From an uncultured virus (IMG/VR IMGVR_UViG_3300023371_000103) (lineage: Duplodnaviria > Heunggongvirae > Uroviricota > Caudoviricetes): DNA of 20,000 nucleotides. Position 1 is the stretch's first letter; each line of letters begins with the position of its first letter. The stretch is from IMG/VR virus record IMGVR_UViG_3300023371_000103. One strand, 5' to 3'. Under the pieces are notes generated by a model. The model saw only the letters and a list, made by a program, of their open reading frames with translations, ran no database searches and had not been told where the DNA came from. The translations under genes and the position numbers were made by a program. Positions 16,452 to 20,000 of the stretch are shown here, one piece after another.

Positions 16452-16489
16452 GCGGGTGAGGGGCGTACGGCCCCTCTCCGGCTTTTATT
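16452..16489 (+). terminator. Terminator-like hairpin
   Basis: GAGGGGC-GTACG-GCCCCTC core, followed by TCCGGCTTTTATT. Confidence 0.7.
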
Positions 16490-16505
16490 AATAAAAGGAG
16501 AAAAT

Positions 16506-17093
16506 ATGTTTGAAGAGATGGTTTGGTATCAGCATAATCTCGACATTTTCCCCGGCTTCTACTGCACCATCCTCGAAGGAGATGACGCGATCGATCTGGT
16601 GTCAGAGTACGAGGGGTCGCCGATGACCTTCAAGCCGGGGGTCTTCCCGGACTACATGAGGGCGGTCTCGAAGAGGTACGTCAAACGGCTGGAATACGAG
16701 GTGACAAAGGACATGGGGCAAATGATCCGGGATCTGAAACTGGAAGAGGTCCGTTCGCCGAAGTATTACAACTTCGAGACGGACAAGCTGTCGATTCGGC
16801 TGAAGGTTAATAAATGGAATGTTCTCCGGGAACTTGTGAAAAACAAGGAGGACTTCAACCAGTACTTGCGAGAACATTATACAAGTCGTTCAGGATTCAT
16901 CAGCTTCGTGGAGACGGAGATCCACGAGCTGTGGCGGCAGAAAAAGTATTTCTGGGACGTCGCTCTTGACTACCTGATCCTGAAACAGAAGTTCTTTGAT
17001 GACGTGAACGATGAGGATGGGTCCAAGAGCTATTGGGCACTTGCCCAGATCGTGGATGACGTCATCCCGGAGTTTCTGGAACCGGTAAAGTGA
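16506..17093 (+). CDS. Conserved phage hypothetical protein (FPGFY / SPxxYNFxTD / TSRxGFIS family)
   Basis: Motifs 'IFPGFY', 'SPKYYNFETD', 'YTSRSGFISF'; RBS AAGGAG. Confidence 0.75.
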   Translation: MFEEMVWYQHNLDIFPGFYCTILEGDDAIDLVSEYEGSPMTFKPGVFPDYMRAVSKRYVKRLEYEVTKDMGQMIRDLKLEEVRSPKYYNFETDKLSIRLKVNKWNVLRELVKNKEDFNQYLREHYTSRSGFISFVETEIHELWRQKKYFWDVALDYLILKQKFFDDVNDEDGSKSYWALAQIVDDVIPEFLEPVK

Positions 17094-17107
17094 GTTTTGA
17101 AACAGGA

Positions 17108-17150
17108 TCGGATCTGAGAGCGGACGGCTTTCAGGTCCGGTTTTTTATTT
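17108..17150 (+). terminator. Terminator hairpin, type B copy 1
   Basis: TCGGATCTGAGAGC-GGACG-GCTTTCAGGTCCGG then TTTTTTATTT; 17110-17145 is 35/36 identical to 18619-18654. Confidence 0.85.
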
Positions 17151-17164
17151 CAGGAGAAGGAATT

Positions 17165-18592
17165 ATGAAAACAGTGTGTGTGAATGGAATGCGTTTCGAA
17201 CTTCACGAGGATCATGCGGAACTTTGCTCCGCGGAAGCGGGGCTGGAAAGGGCGGTGATCCCTGACGAGGTGGAAGGGCTGCCGGTCACGGTCTTGAAAA
17301 GCAGAGTATTCGCCCGCAGCAAAGCACTTCAGGAAGTTGTGTTTCCGAAGTATCTGGAGCGGATCGACCTCCACTGTTTTGAACAGTGCTTCCTGCTGGA
17401 CAGACTGGAGTTTCCAGAGTCGCTGAAATGGATCTGCCAGGGAGCATTTGAGTACTGCTGGGGTCTTCAGAGTATTCATATCAATTCCCGGTGCAGTCTG
17501 GGTGACTTCGCATTTTCGAACTGTACGTCTCTGCGGGTGGTACAGCTCGAAGATGTTACGGACCTGGGTCTCTACGTGTTCCACGGGTGCAAGAAGCTGG
17601 AGTACATTACAGGAGACATGTACCTGAGTGAGATCGGATTCGGCGCCTTCTGGGGGTGTGCCTCTCTTCAGAGGCTGGACACCTGCGCGAAGCGTGTTCG
17701 TACTTATGCCCTCGAAGGGTGTGACTCACTGACACACTTCATGTGTGCTGCAAACTGCGTGCTGGATCCTGCCTGCGGTCTGTCGGATCTTATGAATCTC
17801 CAGAGGGTGGACGGTGCCGGGCTGGACAGCGATGGACTTTTTGTGTATACGCCAGACGGGCGTATGGTCGCACATTATGTCACCTCTATGACCGGAACCA
17901 TGGAGCTGCCGGATACCATTACGCGGCTGTGTGAGAACGCATTTCGGGATTCTAAGCTGCGCAGAGTCGTCTTGCCGGAGACGATCACGAGCCTGCCTCC
18001 GAGCTGCTTCAAGAATGCCGTTCAGCTTCAGGAGGTCATTGCACCGGGAGTTACGAAAGTCGCGGAAGGGTGCTTTTCGGGCTGTATCTCTCTGGAAAAG
18101 GTGGTGACAAAGCCGCTGAAGGAAGTGCACCCAGACGCGTTTAAGTACTGCCACCATCTGCAGGAGATCCGCCTGTCGCCAGAGTGTTCCTGCATCGGTT
18201 CCCGCGCGTTCATGAATTGCTTCCGCCTGCGGTCGGTTGAGGCGAAAGGGGTGGAACAAGTTTATCCCCGCGCGTTTGCATCCTGCGTCAATCTTCGCGA
18301 AATGCCGGATATGCCGTATCTGCAAGCTGTGGGCTTCGGTGCGTTTTCCGGCTGTCCGAAGCTGACGCATCTGGAGTTTCCGGAGACGCTTCAGGTGATC
18401 AAGGAATACGCATTTGAAGATTGTTCTGGACTGAAGTCGATCAGTTTTCGCGGAGACGCATCGGGTAAGGTGCATGAGACGGCTTTTGATGAGAACTTCA
18501 AAAACGCGCTTTTTCTCGATCCTGAGCTGTTTTACACGGATGACGATCTTTGGCAAATGGACGAAGACGAGTACGAAGAAGACGGTGAGTGA
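17165..18592 (+). CDS. BspA-type LRR protein 5 (475 aa, Cys-rich, acidic tail)
   Basis: Cap 'AVIPDEVEGLPVTVL' and many 'LxxVxLPxxxxxIxxxAFxxC' repeats; RBS AGGAGAAGGA. Confidence 0.92.
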   Translation: MKTVCVNGMRFELHEDHAELCSAEAGLERAVIPDEVEGLPVTVLKSRVFARSKALQEVVFPKYLERIDLHCFEQCFLLDRLEFPESLKWICQGAFEYCWGLQSIHINSRCSLGDFAFSNCTSLRVVQLEDVTDLGLYVFHGCKKLEYITGDMYLSEIGFGAFWGCASLQRLDTCAKRVRTYALEGCDSLTHFMCAANCVLDPACGLSDLMNLQRVDGAGLDSDGLFVYTPDGRMVAHYVTSMTGTMELPDTITRLCENAFRDSKLRRVVLPETITSLPPSCFKNAVQLQEVIAPGVTKVAEGCFSGCISLEKVVTKPLKEVHPDAFKYCHHLQEIRLSPECSCIGSRAFMNCFRLRSVEAKGVEQVYPRAFASCVNLREMPDMPYLQAVGFGAFSGCPKLTHLEFPETLQVIKEYAFEDCSGLKSISFRGDASGKVHETAFDENFKNALFLDPELFYTDDDLWQMDEDEYEEDGE

Positions 18593-18618
18593 CCGGCTTG
18601 AGTTAAACAGTTGAGATG

Positions 18619-18658
18619 GGACCTGAGAGCGGACGGCTTTCAGGTCCGGTTTTTATTT
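18619..18658 (+). terminator. Terminator hairpin, type B copy 2
   Basis: GGACCTGAGAGC-GGACG-GCTTTCAGGTCC then GGTTTTTATTT, then RBS GGAGGAGG. Confidence 0.85.
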
Positions 18659-18672
18659 GGAGGAGGTGTTTA

Positions 18673-19326
18673 ATGGAACCTGTATTTTCAGAAGACGGCA
18701 AGGTATTGATCCGGTATCCGGTGGAGAGCCGGAGGCGAAAATATAAAGTTCCGGAAGGCGTGGAGGAGATCGCGGAAGGCGCTTTCCGTAACGGCCGCTA
18801 TCTCTGGAGCGTTTCCCTGCCTGAAAGCATTAAACGCATCGGAAACTTTGCGTTTGAGAACTGCTGGAGACTGCGGGAGATAGATTTCCCGGAGGGATTG
18901 AGCTGCATCGGTCGTCATGCGTTTTCACGATGCGAGCAGCTGAAAAAAGTGGACCTTCCTCACAGTCTGGAAAGTCTGGGTCCTGGGGCCTTTTCCTTTT
19001 GCTATGAGCTGACAGAGGTGAATGTGCACGGAAAGCTGTGGAACGTCCCCATCGGTGCCTTTAGCGACTGTTATGAGCTTGAAAAAGTCACTTTGGCAGC
19101 ATCGGTGCACACGCTGGAGTGCTGCGCCTTTGCACATTGTCCCCGCTTAATAGCCGTCGTGGTGAAGGGAAGACTGCGTCACATTGAGTATGGCGCGTTT
19201 GACTACTGTGCGCAACTGAATGTGTCGTCTATCGATCTATGCGGTGTGTATATCAGCAGTGGGGCGTTCTACGGCGTACTTGGCTGGACGCATGAGATCG
19301 GACGAGACAAGTCCGGACGTTTGTAG
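18673..19326 (+). CDS. BspA-type LRR protein 6
   Basis: Cap 'VFSEDGKVLIRYP...YKVPEGVEEIAEGAF' and canonical 23-aa repeats 'VSLPESIKRIGNFAFENCWRL'. Confidence 0.92.
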   Translation: MEPVFSEDGKVLIRYPVESRRRKYKVPEGVEEIAEGAFRNGRYLWSVSLPESIKRIGNFAFENCWRLREIDFPEGLSCIGRHAFSRCEQLKKVDLPHSLESLGPGAFSFCYELTEVNVHGKLWNVPIGAFSDCYELEKVTLAASVHTLECCAFAHCPRLIAVVVKGRLRHIEYGAFDYCAQLNVSSIDLCGVYISSGAFYGVLGWTHEIGRDKSGRL

Positions 19327-19348
19327 AAAATTTTACAGGAGGATGAAT

Positions 19349-19579
19349 ATGAAATTATACTGTCTTTTGTTGTTTGTCGTTGTGTTTGCCGGTTGTGCCG
19401 GCGTTCGTGAGAAAGCGCACACTCCAAAACCGCAGTTTGTTGTGGAGCCGGTGTTCCGGGATTTTCCGCCGGTCGAGGAGGAGTATCCTGCGGATGAGGA
19501 GCAGGATCCGAGCAAGGATCCGTACTACAACAATATCTCGATCCTGTCAGCGGAGGAGCGCGGGGTCTATATCCGGTAG
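19349..19579 (+). CDS. Small lipoprotein
   Basis: RBS AGGAGG 6 nt before ATG; 'MKLYCLLLFVVVFAGC' gives a basic residue, hydrophobic core and lipobox-like FAG-C. Confidence 0.7.
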   Translation: MKLYCLLLFVVVFAGCAGVREKAHTPKPQFVVEPVFRDFPPVEEEYPADEEQDPSKDPYYNNISILSAEERGVYIR

Positions 19580-19658
19580 TTAGGCGAGGAATAACACACC
19601 GGTCCGCTGTCATAGGTTTTGATAGTGGACCACTACTCTTATATGAAAGGAAGATAAA

Positions 19659-20000
19659 ATGGAAAGTCTGAACTTTATAATTGAAAAAGGCGTTCTTACG
19701 AGTGTCGAGGGGGAAGCCGTGTCGGTAGTGATCCCCGTCGGCGTGACGAGCATTGGAGATTCCGCGTTCCGCTGGTGCGACAGCCTCGAGTCGGTAGTGA
19801 TCCCCAACAGCGTGACGCGCATTGGAGATTCCGCGTTCCGCTGGTGCGGCAGCCTCACCTCGGTGACGATCCCCGACAGCGTGACGAGCATTGGAGATTC
19901 CGCGTTCTGGTACTGCTATCGCCTCACCTCGGTGACGATCCCCGACAGCGTGACGAGCATTGGGGATAATGCGTTCAGCGGCTGCGAGAGCCTCCGGTCC
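19659..20000 (+). CDS. BspA-type LRR protein 7, 3' end beyond the window (absent from the ORF track)
   Basis: RBS GAAAGGA. Manual translation: [114 protein letters not shown], with no stop. Confidence 0.93.
   Translation, partial: MESLNFIIEKGVLTSVEGEAVSVVIPVGVTSIGDSAFRWCDSLESVVIPNSVTRIGDSAFRWCGSLTSVTIPDSVTSIGDSAFWYCYRLTSVTIPDSVTSIGDNAFSGCESLRS
19719..19994 (+). repeat. Four tandem 69-bp coding repeats (23-aa LRR units)
   Basis: Units start at 19719, 19788, 19857 and 19926; unit 1 vs 2 is 63/69 identical and unit 3 vs 4 is 58/69. Confidence 0.95.

Noticed and set aside
17090..17164. Longer N-termini given by the ORF track (also 831, 5268, 6583, 7737, 8192, 16021, 18616, 19220)
   Set aside because: These extensions run through terminators or upstream genes, while downstream ATGs have well-spaced Shine-Dalgarno sequences.
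851..18660. Classical integron with attC sites
   Set aside because: No integrase is present, and the hairpins lack RYYYAAC...GTTRRRY ends and have T-tails typical of terminators.
327..19891. Minus-strand ORFs from the track (e.g. 7236..8267, 15536..16375, 17726..18556, 19610..19891)
   Set aside because: They lie antisense to well-supported plus-strand genes and show no recognisable motifs; they are shadow ORFs.
19719..19994. 69-bp repeats as a CRISPR array
   Set aside because: They are contiguous in-frame coding repeats with no unique spacers, and no cas genes are present.
19719..19994. Diversity-generating retroelement target
   Set aside because: No reverse transcriptase or separate template repeat is in the window. 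Several differences are C/G or C/T with no adenine in any copy, and framework adenines are invariant. It cannot be fully excluded beyond the window edge.

Overview
A densely packed, all plus-strand region that reads as the accessory/early (host-takeover) module of a bacteriophage or prophage. No structural, integrase, RNA or CRISPR genes are visible. Recognisable genes are the 3' part of thyX, an Hjc-like PD-(D/E)XK nuclease and a trimeric dUTPase. Other probable calls are a tandem DUF2829/Tad2-like protein, two Lar-like Zn-ribbon proteins, DpnD/PcfM-like modules and a small lipoprotein. The most notable feature is seven BspA-type (LRR_5) leucine-rich-repeat genes with no signal peptides; the last runs off the window and is built of near-identical 69-bp repeats. 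About ten terminator-like hairpins sit just before the next gene's RBS, and two LRR genes are each bracketed by their own pair of near-identical hairpin direct repeats, suggesting terminator-bounded gene cassettes. Several hypothetical genes are paralogues, including a duplicated two-gene module with one interrupted copy and an adjacent pair with swapped domain order. All family calls come from motif recognition by eye; no searches were run.
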